Assembly: GCA_965223845.1 (NCBI GenBank)
Contig: CBDCXR010000004.1
Location: 1,888,001-1,952,000, forward strand
Direction: 5' to 3'
Source: Planctomycetota bacterium
GTDB taxonomy: Bacteria; Planctomycetota; UBA8108; SXIK01
Length of the DNA stretch: 64,000 nt
Each line of letters opens with the position of its first letter. Position 1 is the first letter of the stretch. The notes below the pieces were generated by a model. That model had not been told where the DNA came from and did not search any database. It worked only from the letters and a program-made list of their open reading frames with translations. A program made the position numbers and the translations under genes. Of this stretch, positions 21,361 to 30,764 are shown piece by piece.

Positions 21361-22428
21361 ATGACGACTCCGACTCCCGGCGGCCCGGTACGCGTCGCTC
21401 TCTTTCGAGAAGTCGACGGCGGCTTCGATCTGTCCGAAAGAGAGATGCGCCCACTGCGCACCGGCGAAGTCGCCGTGCGGGTCAAGCTCTGCACGATCTG
21501 CGGAAGCGACCTCCACACGTACTACGGACGGCGCTCCGCCCCGACTCCCTGCGTGCTCGGACACGAGATCGTCGGTGAAGTCACCGCCGTTTGCGGTGAA
21601 CCCGAGTACTGGAATACGACGAGGAGGATCCGCGCCGGCGAACGCGTCACGTGGTGCTTGGCCGTCTCGTGCGGCGCCTGTACGAACTGCGGCAGAGACT
21701 TGCCGCAGGCGTGCGAGTCGCTGCGCAAGTTTGGCCACGAGCGAGACGGCGAAGCGAGCGGACTCATGGGTGGACTCGGCGAGGCCTGCATTCTCCCGCG
21801 AGGAACGGCTGTCTTCCCCGTTCCGCCGGAGCTGAGCGACGAAGCCGTGGCTCCCGCCAACTGCGCCGTCGCGACGGCGGCGGCCGCCATCCGCTCGACG
21901 GGAGCGGAGCTCGCGGGCGCCCGTGTCGTCGTCCTCGGCGCGGGCATGGTCGGAACGTCGCTCTGCGCGATTGCAAAGTCACGCGGCGCGAACGTCGCCG
22001 TCGTCGATTCGCGTCCTCAGAGACGAGAGCAAGCAGTGGCGTTCCGGGCGGATGAGGCCCATGACATCGACGAAGCAGTCAAGGAAGCCGACTTCGTCTT
22101 CGAAGCCTCCGGCGCGGCGGCTGCCGTGGATTCGTCGCTCGACCGGCTCCGGGTGGGTGGTCAAGTCGTCCTCGTCGGATCCGTTCTTCCCTCGCCGGGC
22201 TGGACGATCGATCCGGAGTCGCTCGTACGGCGCCACGCGACGATTCGCGGTGTGCACAACTACACCCCTCGAGACCTTAACGCGGCGATGGAGATTATGG
22301 CAGAATCAGCGACGAGCGTTCCGTGGCATCGGGCCGTCGGGGCGACATATCCGCTCGAAGACGTCCAGCGCGCTTTCGTGCACGCTTCTCGTGGCGAGGA
22401 ACTGCGGATCGGAGTTCGCCCGCAATGA
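21361..22428 (+). CDS. Zinc-binding alcohol dehydrogenase, phosphonate-catabolism-associated type
   Basis: ICGSDLH, LGHEIVG, C..C..C.......C structural Zn site, GAGMVG, IRGVHNY; upstream of DUF5690 and PhnZ. Confidence 0.88.
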   Translation: MTTPTPGGPVRVALFREVDGGFDLSEREMRPLRTGEVAVRVKLCTICGSDLHTYYGRRSAPTPCVLGHEIVGEVTAVCGEPEYWNTTRRIRAGERVTWCLAVSCGACTNCGRDLPQACESLRKFGHERDGEASGLMGGLGEACILPRGTAVFPVPPELSDEAVAPANCAVATAAAAIRSTGAELAGARVVVLGAGMVGTSLCAIAKSRGANVAVVDSRPQRREQAVAFRADEAHDIDEAVKEADFVFEASGAAAAVDSSLDRLRVGGQVVLVGSVLPSPGWTIDPESLVRRHATIRGVHNYTPRDLNAAMEIMAESATSVPWHRAVGATYPLEDVQRAFVHASRGEELRIGVRPQ

Positions 22429-22501
22429 GAGTCCGACGCTGCAGGGGTGAACTCGCACTCCGGCCGACACCCACCCTCCGGCTCGAGCTATCCTGAGCGC
22501 G

Positions 22502-23809
22502 ATGCACGAAGAGAACGAGCCGACGAAAACCGGACAGCTCTTTGCCGCGGCCGTAGCGGCGTTCTGCACGTACTTCTGCATGTACGCGTTTCGAAAGCCG
22601 TTCACCGCGGCGACGTTCGACGGCCAGGAGATGTTCGGCCTCGACTACAAGGGCGTCCTAATCATCGCGCAGATCTTCGGCTACATGCTTTCGAAATTCA
22701 TCGGGATCCGCGTCGTCTCGGAAATGCGTCGCGAGTACCGAGCGGCGACAATTGTCGGCCTCATTCTTTTCGGTGAGGCCGCACTGGTCGGGTTCGCGTA
22801 CCTGCCTCCGATGTGGAAAATCGGGATGCTCTTCTTGAACGGCTTGCCGCTCGGGATGGTCTTCGGCCTCGTGCTCGCTTACTTGGAAGGGCGCAAGCAA
22901 ACCGAGGCGCTGTCGGCGGTCCTGTGCGCGAGCTTCATCGTGTCGTCGGGAGTCGTCAAGAGCGTCGGGCGTTGGTTGCTCGACGCGCAGGGCGTCGATG
23001 AGCACAAGATGCCGATGATAGCGGGCGCTCTCTTCCTAACGCCGCTCTTCGTGTCGGTGTGGGTGCTTTCTCGAACACCACCGCCCGACGCATCCGACCG
23101 CCTCGAGCGCCGGGAACGACCGACGATCGATCGAGCCGAGCGGCGGCGTTTCCTCGCCACGTATCTTCCCGGGATCGTCTTGCTCGTCGCGGTCTACGTC
23201 TCGCTGACGGTTGTTCGCACCATCCGCGACGACTTCGGTGTCGAGATCTGGCGGGAGCTCGGCGTCGAAAAGAAGCCCGAAGTCTTCGCGACGTCCGAAA
23301 CCATTGTGGCGATGTGCGTCACGGCACTCAGCGCCGTCGCGATCTGCATCCACAAGAATTTGACGGCGATTCGCTGGTCCGTCTGGCTCATGTGCGCGGG
23401 ATTCGCGCTCGTCACGGCGTCGGCCTTGGCGCAATCCTCCGGCGTCGCGACTCCACTCGCGTTCATGGTCGCCAGCGGCATCGGTCTCTACGTGCCCTAC
23501 GTGCTCTTTCATACTACGATCTTCGAACGGATCATCGCGGCGTCCACTCTCCCGAGCAATCTTGGCTTTTTGATGTACGTCGCCGACGCCATGGGCTACC
23601 TGGGGTACTCGGGGGTCGTCGTCGTCAAGTCGTACTTGGACTACGCCCAAGAGGACGTTTTGTTGTTGCCGGCTTTTCGCACGATCCTCTTCGTGTCGGC
23701 CGCCGGGTCGATCGCCGCGCTGATCACGGCTTACGTGTATCTACGACGCAAGCTGGACGATCGTCATGTCTCGACGAACGACGATCGGGCTTCGGAGAGC
23801 GCGCGCTGA
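22502..23809 (+). CDS. DUF5690 family MFS-like membrane transporter
   Basis: About 12 hydrophobic segments; FCTYFCMYAFRKPF, GYMLSKFIGI, YLEGR, GFLMYVADAMGYLG. Confidence 0.85.
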   Translation: MHEENEPTKTGQLFAAAVAAFCTYFCMYAFRKPFTAATFDGQEMFGLDYKGVLIIAQIFGYMLSKFIGIRVVSEMRREYRAATIVGLILFGEAALVGFAYLPPMWKIGMLFLNGLPLGMVFGLVLAYLEGRKQTEALSAVLCASFIVSSGVVKSVGRWLLDAQGVDEHKMPMIAGALFLTPLFVSVWVLSRTPPPDASDRLERRERPTIDRAERRRFLATYLPGIVLLVAVYVSLTVVRTIRDDFGVEIWRELGVEKKPEVFATSETIVAMCVTALSAVAICIHKNLTAIRWSVWLMCAGFALVTASALAQSSGVATPLAFMVASGIGLYVPYVLFHTTIFERIIAASTLPSNLGFLMYVADAMGYLGYSGVVVVKSYLDYAQEDVLLLPAFRTILFVSAAGSIAALITAYVYLRRKLDDRHVSTNDDRASESAR

Positions 23810-23810
23810 C

Positions 23811-24362
23811 GTGCCAACGGTAGACGAGGTCCTGCTGCTGTTCGAACGACGTGGAGACTCCCTCTACGGGGGAGAGGCCGTCACGCAACTCGAGCACGCG
23901 CTCCAGTGCGCGATGATCGCCGAGAACGAAGGAGCCTCGTCCGACCTGATCGCGGCGGCGCTGCTTCACGATGTCGGCCATCTTCTCCACGACCTGCCGG
24001 ACGACGCTCCCGATGAAGGCGTCGACGACAGCCACGAGACATCGGGGCACGCGTTTCTCCGCGAGCGATTTCCGCCGTCGGTCACCGAGCCGGTGCGCCT
24101 GCATGTAGCGGCGAAGCGCTACCTCTGCGCGGTCGAGGAGGCTTATCGGGTCGCGCTCAGCCCGGCGTCGGTCGTCAGCCTCGAGCTTCAGGGCGGCCCC
24201 ATGAGCCCGGAAGAGGTCGAGGCGTTCGACTCGGACGGGTACGCTGGCGACGCGCTTCGACTCCGACGCTGGGACGACGCGGCGAAAGTCCCGGATCTCC
24301 GCACACCCTCACTCGAGCACTTCGCGGCGTATCTACGACGCGTCGCCTTTCCTCCGAAGTGA
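23811..24362 (+). CDS. phnZ: Phosphonate-degradation HD-domain oxygenase, PhnZ-like
   Basis: YGGEAVTQLEHALQ, AALLHDVGHL, VRLHVAAKRYLC, LS.AS..SL.LQGG, LRRWDDAAK; GTG 1 nt after the upstream stop. Confidence 0.88.
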   Translation: MPTVDEVLLLFERRGDSLYGGEAVTQLEHALQCAMIAENEGASSDLIAAALLHDVGHLLHDLPDDAPDEGVDDSHETSGHAFLRERFPPSVTEPVRLHVAAKRYLCAVEEAYRVALSPASVVSLELQGGPMSPEEVEAFDSDGYAGDALRLRRWDDAAKVPDLRTPSLEHFAAYLRRVAFPPK

Positions 24363-24565
24363 TGCGGTCCGCATGTCGGGATCTCATCCGGTCGAGACAC
24401 TCGAAGTCGCTCCAGTGGCTCGACTTCCGAAGTCGTCTTCCGGACGAGCGAAGACTACCGTCCAATCGCTGTTTCTCCGCGACTCGGGTGATTTTCCTTC
24501 TGTAACGCCCGAGCGTTTCATCTCCGATGAGGACATCAGCGGACAAGAGGCGTTACTGAGCTCAC

Positions 24566-25447
24566 ATGAAGATCGTCGACCAGGGAAAACGGATCGCACT
24601 CGCCGCCGGATTCCTCCTCATCGTTTTGGGGGTGACGATTCTTGTCAGCTTCCGCGGCGAGATTCGAGAGTGGTACGAGTTCCGCCAGATCTTCGAGAGC
24701 CTGGGAAAGAACGAGCAGGGTCTCCCGGAATACAGACACAAGAACACGGGGATCGTGTTCGTCAGTCTTCCGGGCGGGACATTCTCGATGGGTAGCCCGG
24801 GAACCGAAACGAGACGGATGGACACGGAAGGCCCGGCTCATGAAGTTCAGTTGAACGCGTTCCTCATCGCCAAGTACGAGGTGACGCAGGAGATGTGGGA
24901 GAAGGTGATGGGGAACAACCCGTCGCGCTTCAAGGGGCAGAAGCGGCCCGTCGATCAGGTGTCGTGGAACGACTGCCAGGAGTTCTGCACGCGGAGTGGT
25001 CTCTCCCTGCCGACCGAGGCGCAATGGGAGTACGCCTGCAGAGCGGGGACGCAGACTCCTTTCTGGTTCGGTGCGATGATCACAACGGATCAAGTGAACC
25101 ACGACGGCAGCGTTCCCTACGGCGGAGGGAAGAAAGGGATGAAGCGCGGGGCGACGCTCCCCGTCGATGCCCTGAAGCCGAACGGATTCGGATTGTACAA
25201 CATGCACGGGAACCTGTGGGAGTGGTGCGTCGACTCGTTCGATGCGAGGTTTTATTCGAAGCCCGAGGCGCTCGAGAAAGACCCCGTTTGCACATCGGGC
25301 TGGCCCACGAGTTCCGAAATTCGGGTTATCCGTGGCGGCGGCTGGGGTAACTATGCCGAAGACTGCCGCTCAGCACGGCGGAGCGACCGCTTGCAGCGCA
25401 TCCCCGGCGACCACGTCGGCTTCCGTCCCGTGTGGCCGCCGCGGTAG
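24566..25447 (+). CDS. Membrane-anchored FGE-sulfatase domain protein
   Basis: TM, F.MGS, KYEVTQ, PV..VSW, LPTEAQWEYACRAG, FGLYNMHGNLWEW, RGGGW, GFRP. Confidence 0.93.
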   Translation: MKIVDQGKRIALAAGFLLIVLGVTILVSFRGEIREWYEFRQIFESLGKNEQGLPEYRHKNTGIVFVSLPGGTFSMGSPGTETRRMDTEGPAHEVQLNAFLIAKYEVTQEMWEKVMGNNPSRFKGQKRPVDQVSWNDCQEFCTRSGLSLPTEAQWEYACRAGTQTPFWFGAMITTDQVNHDGSVPYGGGKKGMKRGATLPVDALKPNGFGLYNMHGNLWEWCVDSFDARFYSKPEALEKDPVCTSGWPTSSEIRVIRGGGWGNYAEDCRSARRSDRLQRIPGDHVGFRPVWPPR

Positions 25448-25725
25448 AGTTCATCATCGTTGTCGTCGGTGTTCGCTGAGACGGCCGCGAAGAGCTCTGC
25501 TCACGAACGGCCGCGGCGCAGTGCGGGTGCGCCGACGGGCCGAAACGCCGGCGCGACGTCACGCCGGCGACGACGAGAACGATTCGGTGAGCTTGTCGAT
25601 CGCCGAAGCGCGACTCGCATTCGAGCGTGAATCGCGAGCTCTCAGATGGCAGCATATCCGGCTCGCAACGACGTCCGAGGCGAAGGCGCACCCCTTCTCG
25701 CCACAATGCGCGCAGTTTTTTTCCG

Positions 25726-26310
25726 ATGAACGACCATCCGATCAGCGACGTTCCAGTCTCGATCCCAGCCATCGAGGCGGACACTCAAGCCATCGGCTTC
25801 TCGATGGCTTCCGACCGTCAAACCGGCGCACTCCTTCGTACTCTCGCCGCGACGAAACCAGGGGGAAGGATCATCGAGCTCGGCACGGGGACGGGTCTTT
25901 CAACCGCGTGGATTGTCGACGGCATGGACGCGGAGGCGACACTGGACACTGTCGACAACGACGCGGCGCTCGTCGACATCGCACGCCGGCACTTGGGCGG
26001 GGATGAGCGAGTTCGGTTTCACGTCGAGTGCGGTGAGGAGTTCATCGATCGCCGCGAGCCGAAGTGCGCGGATTTCATCTTCGCGGATACGTGGCCCGGG
26101 AAGTACCACCACCTCGAACAGGCGCTCGAACTCTTGGCCCCAGGGGGGCTCTACGTCATCGACGACATGCTGCCGCAGCCTGACTGGCCCGAGGACCATC
26201 GACCGAAGGTGCCGCTTCTCATCGAGACGTTGGAATCGCGCCGGGATCTTGTGCTCACGAAGCTGAACTGGTCGACAGGGATCATCGTCGCGGTCAAAAG
26301 GCGGCGGTGA
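25726..26310 (+). CDS. Class I SAM-dependent O-methyltransferase
   Basis: IIELGTGTGLS, DFIFADTWPGKY, GGLYVIDD. Confidence 0.9.
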   Translation: MNDHPISDVPVSIPAIEADTQAIGFSMASDRQTGALLRTLAATKPGGRIIELGTGTGLSTAWIVDGMDAEATLDTVDNDAALVDIARRHLGGDERVRFHVECGEEFIDRREPKCADFIFADTWPGKYHHLEQALELLAPGGLYVIDDMLPQPDWPEDHRPKVPLLIETLESRRDLVLTKLNWSTGIIVAVKRRR

Positions 26311-26457
26311 TCGCGCCTCGCGGAGGAAGACGTCGAGTCGGCTCTCGTCCCTACCCAGATTCGAGCGGACGGAAGGGCGAGAGCGAACTCGGTTCGACCG
26401 GTGAATCCTTGCGCTTCCCTGCCTTCACTCGAGGCGCCACGCCCTCCGAAGAATGAA

Positions 26458-26805
26458 CTACGCCTCCGACCGTCCATCTTCCACGGACGCGCGCAGCCTC
26501 TCGATCGCCTCGTCCCACTGAGTCGAGATTCGCGCGAGGTAGTCCTTGGCGCGCGCCACCGAGTTGGGCCGAATGGCGAAGCGGCTCTCTCTCCCGACGC
26601 GCCTACGGTTCACGATGCCGGCATCTTTCAGCACCTCGAGATGCTTGGTGACCGCCTGGCGCGTCAGAGCGAGTCCTTCGGTCAATTCGGTGATCGAATG
26701 CTGCCCGCCGTCACCGAGGCGCGAAACCAGTTCGAGGCGTGTGATGTCACCCAGAGCCGCGAAGACTTGCGCGGGGCTTCTGCCGCGCGCGCTAGCCCGC
26801 GACAT
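26458..26805 (-). CDS. ArsR/SmtB family transcriptional regulator
   Basis: VFAALGDITRLELV, LTRQAVTKHLEVL..AG.V...GRE; overlaps the SRPBCC stop. Confidence 0.92.
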   Translation of the reverse strand: MSRASARGRSPAQVFAALGDITRLELVSRLGDGGQHSITELTEGLALTRQAVTKHLEVLKDAGIVNRRRVGRESRFAIRPNSVARAKDYLARISTQWDEAIERLRASVEDGRSEA

Positions 26806-27250
26806 GAACGGCCACGTTCTCGGCCTGCATGTCCCAACCCTCTCTGTTCATGCGCAGAATCTCTAGCCGCTTCGATTCCGGGAACTGGAGAAAACCCGAT
26901 TCCATGATGGTGAGGCGAGTGCCTTGGTCCGTCGGTTCCAGTCGAAACTCGACGGTCACCTTCGCTCCGTCGTCGTACTCGCTCTCGGGATCGATTGCGC
27001 TGGGTGGCCAGGAGAAGACGAACAACTGCTCGTGCTCCATTCGCTCGGTGACGGACTCCCACTTCATGTGCTCGTGGCCCGGGTAGGTGATATGACCCGT
27101 GTTGCGCACGCCCACCTTGAAGGGACCGTCCAAGGCGACTCTGAACCACTGCCCGAACTCTTCGTGATCAGTGAGAGCACGCCACACTCGCGATACCGGC
27201 GCCTTGAGGTCGACCACCTTGACGATTCGATCTTGGTCATTCGAGGTCAT
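26792..27250 (-). CDS. SRPBCC/AHSA1 family protein
   Basis: APVSRVWRALTD..EFGQWF, TVEFRLE...GTRLTI.ESGF, GW; AAGGAG RBS. Confidence 0.92.
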   Translation of the reverse strand: MTSNDQDRIVKVVDLKAPVSRVWRALTDHEEFGQWFRVALDGPFKVGVRNTGHITYPGHEHMKWESVTERMEHEQLFVFSWPPSAIDPESEYDDGAKVTVEFRLEPTDQGTRLTIMESGFLQFPESKRLEILRMNREGWDMQAENVAVHVAG

Positions 27251-27294
27251 GGGGAATCTCCTTCCGCTGACTATCGTATGCGGAGAATCTCCCT

Positions 27295-27316
27295 TACGCA
27301 ACCTTTTAGTTGCGTA
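27295..27316. promoter_or_regulatory. Palindromic operator, probably bound by the ArsR regulator
   Basis: TACGCAAC-N6-GTTGCGTA perfect inverted repeat 45 bp upstream of the SRPBCC-ArsR operon. Confidence 0.65.
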
Positions 27317-27570
27317 TTGTGTGCTGCAGATAGCGCAGGGAAGACGGATGGTGACCGGCCTTGCTTTCAGTGCGTCCGTCGATGTGGGATCGGCTGAGGG
27401 AGGAGAGGTTTGTAAACCGACGAGTGTCGTACTCCAAAGCTTGCGGTCTCCTCACGAGCGACAGGGCTGTAAGCACTGGCCCTGATCTTTTCGCAATGCC
27501 GGAAACCGACCGTTTCACGCCGTCGGGCGATCGTGCTCCGCGCAATCAAGTGAGGGCGCTGTAACTCGGA

Positions 27571-27619
27571 GCAAGGCATCCCTCTTCCGCGTCGGGACGG
27601 TGGAAGAGGGATGCCTTGC
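27571..27619 (-). terminator. Strong stem-loop downstream of thioredoxin-like gene
   Basis: 18-bp perfect arms GCAAGGCATCCCTCTTCC / GGAAGAGGGATGCCTTGC, 6 nt past the stop; no clear U tract. Confidence 0.6.
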
Positions 27620-27625
27620 GATGGA

Positions 27626-27862
27626 TTAGGAGAGGGCGCTCAGATCGGCTCCGTGGTTGATGTGAAACGGCTGCCCGCCGATGACGAGCGCCGGGACTGA
27701 CTTGACGCCGGCGCTTTCCGCCTCGCCCAAGCGACTCTTGTCCTCTCCCAGATGGACGATCTCGATGTCGAAGCGCTCGCCGTCGAGACCTTCGGCAATC
27801 GTCTGCTCGGCTTCGACGCAAACGGGGCAACCGGCGTGATAGAAGATGGCTTTCGTGGCCAT
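27626..27862 (-). CDS. Small thioredoxin/glutaredoxin-like protein
   Basis: FYHAGCPVC active site, GVKSVPALV cis-Pro motif; AAGGAGG RBS. Confidence 0.9.
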   Translation of the reverse strand: MATKAIFYHAGCPVCVEAEQTIAEGLDGERFDIEIVHLGEDKSRLGEAESAGVKSVPALVIGGQPFHINHGADLSALS

Positions 27863-27898
27863 GGATGGTCCTCCTTGTGGAAGAGATTGGGTACCTGC

Positions 27899-28558
27899 TC
27901 AGTCGGAGACGGGACGGCCCTCGCTGAACGCCGCCCATGTCTCTTGGGAATCTCTCTCGTCGGCCGATTCGAAATCGCCGCAGTCGAATCTCAAGTCCTC
28001 GTCGCCGATCGCAGCGTCTACAAATTGGCAGTGGTGCGCCTTCTTCGCCGCTCTGTGCGCATGCGGGCGAAAGTAGACGCACCCGACACACATTCGAGCG
28101 ACTGGGACTTGCCCTTGTTCCTGAAGCGACCGGATCGTCGCGACTAGACCGACGACGAGTCCGGCTTGCTGCTCGGCGCTCAGCGATTTCGCCGCAGTGA
28201 CGATCGTGGAAAGGGCGCCGGAGTCGTGGGCAGCTTCGCGTTTGCCTTTTCGAGTGAGTCGAATCGCGACGGCACGCTGGTCGTGTTCGTCGGAAGACTT
28301 CTGCACGAGGTCCTTTTCGACCAAGACTCGAACCGCCTCGCTCACGGTCCCGGGAGTGAGCCCGATCTCGCGCGCAAGGTCGCCTAAACGTAATGGACTG
28401 CCGGCGGTCGAAAGCGTTGAGAGAATCTGGGCTTGAGTCGGCGACAAACCTCTTCCGCCGGCTGCCTTCCAGGCCTCGTGCCGCAGTACCAATGAGATTT
28501 TGTGAAATCCTGCCGCCACGCGATCGGGAAGCTCTTGTCGATCGTCTCCCTTGTTCAT
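27899..28558 (-). CDS. MarR family regulator with C-terminal four-Cys domain
   Basis: GLSPTQAQIL, TVSEAVRVLVEKDLV, D.R...LT.KG; tail MCVGCVYF...HHC...DC; start ATG 28558. Confidence 0.88.
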   Translation of the reverse strand: MNKGDDRQELPDRVAAGFHKISLVLRHEAWKAAGGRGLSPTQAQILSTLSTAGSPLRLGDLAREIGLTPGTVSEAVRVLVEKDLVQKSSDEHDQRAVAIRLTRKGKREAAHDSGALSTIVTAAKSLSAEQQAGLVVGLVATIRSLQEQGQVPVARMCVGCVYFRPHAHRAAKKAHHCQFVDAAIGDEDLRFDCGDFESADERDSQETWAAFSEGRPVSD

Positions 28559-28642
28559 GAAGGAGTTCCCTCCGCTTGGCATCGATCTTCGCTGGTCTGG
28601 GGGCGCCTTCGGCAAGAAGTCCGCCGATCCTTCTTTTCACTC

Positions 28643-28665
28643 TTTAGTTTGGACTCCAAACTAAA
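28643..28665. promoter_or_regulatory. Palindromic operator upstream of MarR gene
   Basis: TTTAGTTTGGA-C-TCCAAACTAAA, perfect 11-bp arms, AT-rich in a GC-rich context. Confidence 0.7.
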
Positions 28666-28826
28666 AGCTGTCAAGCTGAATTCTCCGAGCAGTCTAGTGT
28701 TCAGCTCAGCCTCGACACGACCCGAGCGACCGACTCCGATGCGGCGCATGATGAGAAGAAGCGCGGATGCTCTCGCATCCGCGCTCAAGGGGAAACGTTC
28801 GAAGTCGAACCGCTCGGAATTTGAGA

Positions 28827-30317
28827 TCAGAGAGCTCCGCTCACCGCAGCCGCCATGCGGTCCAGCGCGGCCTGAATCTTTTGGAGACCCTCGACCGTTT
28901 TCCAGTCCCAGAGCAGGGAGTCCGCTTCTTCGAGGAGAGCTCCCGCCGCGTAGAGCTCCGATTCGTCGACCCCCGGGATCTCCCAGGTGGCGTAGAGGCT
29001 CGGCATCGCGACGTCGTAGAGGCAGAGCTCTGCCGCGGCGTAAACGGCGTCCTGGACACCGGCGACTTCCTCCTCGAAGCCCTGCTCGTCCTCGATCGCG
29101 ATGACCTCGGCTGAGAACGCGAGCAACGCCGCGTCGAGGAAGTGGCCCGTCGCTTCCGACTCGAGGGGGATTCGCTCCGCCAAGCTTTGCGGCGATTGCG
29201 GGAGGACCAACTGACCCGCGGCTTCGTCGACGTGAGCGACCGCACCTTCCGCCGCGTAAACATCTCCGAAGCCCGAGTCCATCGCCGTCCTGATCGCACC
29301 GGTGTTCGAGTAGAGCGGCTCCATCGCTTCGAGACCGAGCTCCGCGTCCATTCGGAGCTCCGCGATGTAGAGGTCCAGCTCGAGAACTCGCGAGATCCAC
29401 TCACGGTAGTGAGCGACGCTCGGCCCCTGGGTCGCGAACTGCGCCGCGTCGGTGACATCCGAAGGTTTTCCGCTGGTGAGACCGAAGACGCAATACTCGC
29501 CGTCTTCTTCCACGAGGAATCCGGTACCCGAGTCGAGCGCGTTCATCTTGGTCTCCGAGGCGAGCGGAGGGACCGTGGCGTTGTCGCCGAACGGATCGTA
29601 GCCTTGAATGTCGACATCAAAGCGCACCGTGCGGCCGTTCGCTTCCCCGTAGCCGCTCACCGCGTTCTCGCCGCGACGCATGATGCCGTAGCGCGTGTCG
29701 AGTCCCTTGTCGCTCGTGTTGTCGGAAGGATTCTCGTTGTTGCCGAAATCGAATCCGCTTCGGTGGTCGGCTCCTGCGAAACCGGCGCCGGCAAAGAAGA
29801 ACTCCTGGCCCACACAGGGTTCATCCCATGCGGGTATCGCGAACTCCGAGCTCTCACCGTCGATACTGAGGATCGCGACATCACTCTCTCCGGGGAGGAT
29901 CCACGCGCTCACCACCGCGTGCGTGGTCGGGTTCCCGGCCGTGTCGAACTGGGTCACCCGGATGTCTTCAACATCGATTCCGCCGTTGAGCATCCTTTCG
30001 ACCACGTGGCGAGCGGTCAGAACGTGGCGCGCAGAACCGCCACACTCATCCGCGATCAAGGTCCCGGAGGCGGCGAAGCCACGCTTGAGGACCCAAAAGT
30101 CGAGGAACGTACCGACGGAGAGCTTCCCCTCGGCTTCGATGCGAACGGCCGGTGTCACTTCGTACGACTCCGGAGCCGGCTTGGTGGCCTCGTAGAACGA
30201 CGCACCGTCCTGGGGAACGTCCGGGTCGATGGTGCGGGAGGCTCTCGAGACGTTGGGGCCGAAGACGACCGCGACGGCGAGGCAGCAGGACATGAGCTTC
30301 GAGTTTTTCGCGAACAT
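28827..30317 (-). CDS. Secreted trypsin-like serine protease with acidic helical C-terminal domain
   Basis: Signal peptide at ATG 30317 (AAGGAG RBS); ASGTLI, HVLTARH (His), SDVAIL (Asp), ALDSGTG (Ser). Confidence 0.72.
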   Translation of the reverse strand: MFAKNSKLMSCCLAVAVVFGPNVSRASRTIDPDVPQDGASFYEATKPAPESYEVTPAVRIEAEGKLSVGTFLDFWVLKRGFAASGTLIADECGGSARHVLTARHVVERMLNGGIDVEDIRVTQFDTAGNPTTHAVVSAWILPGESDVAILSIDGESSEFAIPAWDEPCVGQEFFFAGAGFAGADHRSGFDFGNNENPSDNTSDKGLDTRYGIMRRGENAVSGYGEANGRTVRFDVDIQGYDPFGDNATVPPLASETKMNALDSGTGFLVEEDGEYCVFGLTSGKPSDVTDAAQFATQGPSVAHYREWISRVLELDLYIAELRMDAELGLEAMEPLYSNTGAIRTAMDSGFGDVYAAEGAVAHVDEAAGQLVLPQSPQSLAERIPLESEATGHFLDAALLAFSAEVIAIEDEQGFEEEVAGVQDAVYAAAELCLYDVAMPSLYATWEIPGVDESELYAAGALLEEADSLLWDWKTVEGLQKIQAALDRMAAAVSGAL

Positions 30318-30764
30318 GACGCTTCTCCTTCGATCGGGCTCCCGGGGGAGCGACTTCGGGTTCTCCCCAACGTTGCAAGAACGGCGAGCGAAAGCGTTTC
30401 TTGCCGCCCGGTTCTTGCGACGTTGGGGTTGTGCCAGACCACGCGGCCTGGCTGCCGCGACGGCTCCTTGCCGTCTGCCTCTGAACGCGACGTCCCGATC
30501 GATAGGCCCTACGGTTTTTTTCCGGAGGGATCGAATTTGTTTCGTGCCCCGGAGATCCCGCACTCCGCGGGAGATCCGCGCATGCCGGAAGAAGAATGCT
30601 AGGCTTCTTTGCGTCCCGGCGCCCTTTTTCTCCTCCCGGCATTCTCAGCAAGAGCCTGCGGGAGGAAATGCGGGCTAGAGCGAGCGACGGTGCCGAGGCC
30701 GCCGCGAACAGGGACTCCGCCGCGGTCGATCACGATCGCGCTGGGCGCCCCGTTGCGAGAGCAC

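Noticed and set aside
29142-30602. 486-aa plus-strand ORF
   Set aside because: Antisense to the trypsin-like gene, which has an RBS, signal peptide and motifs.
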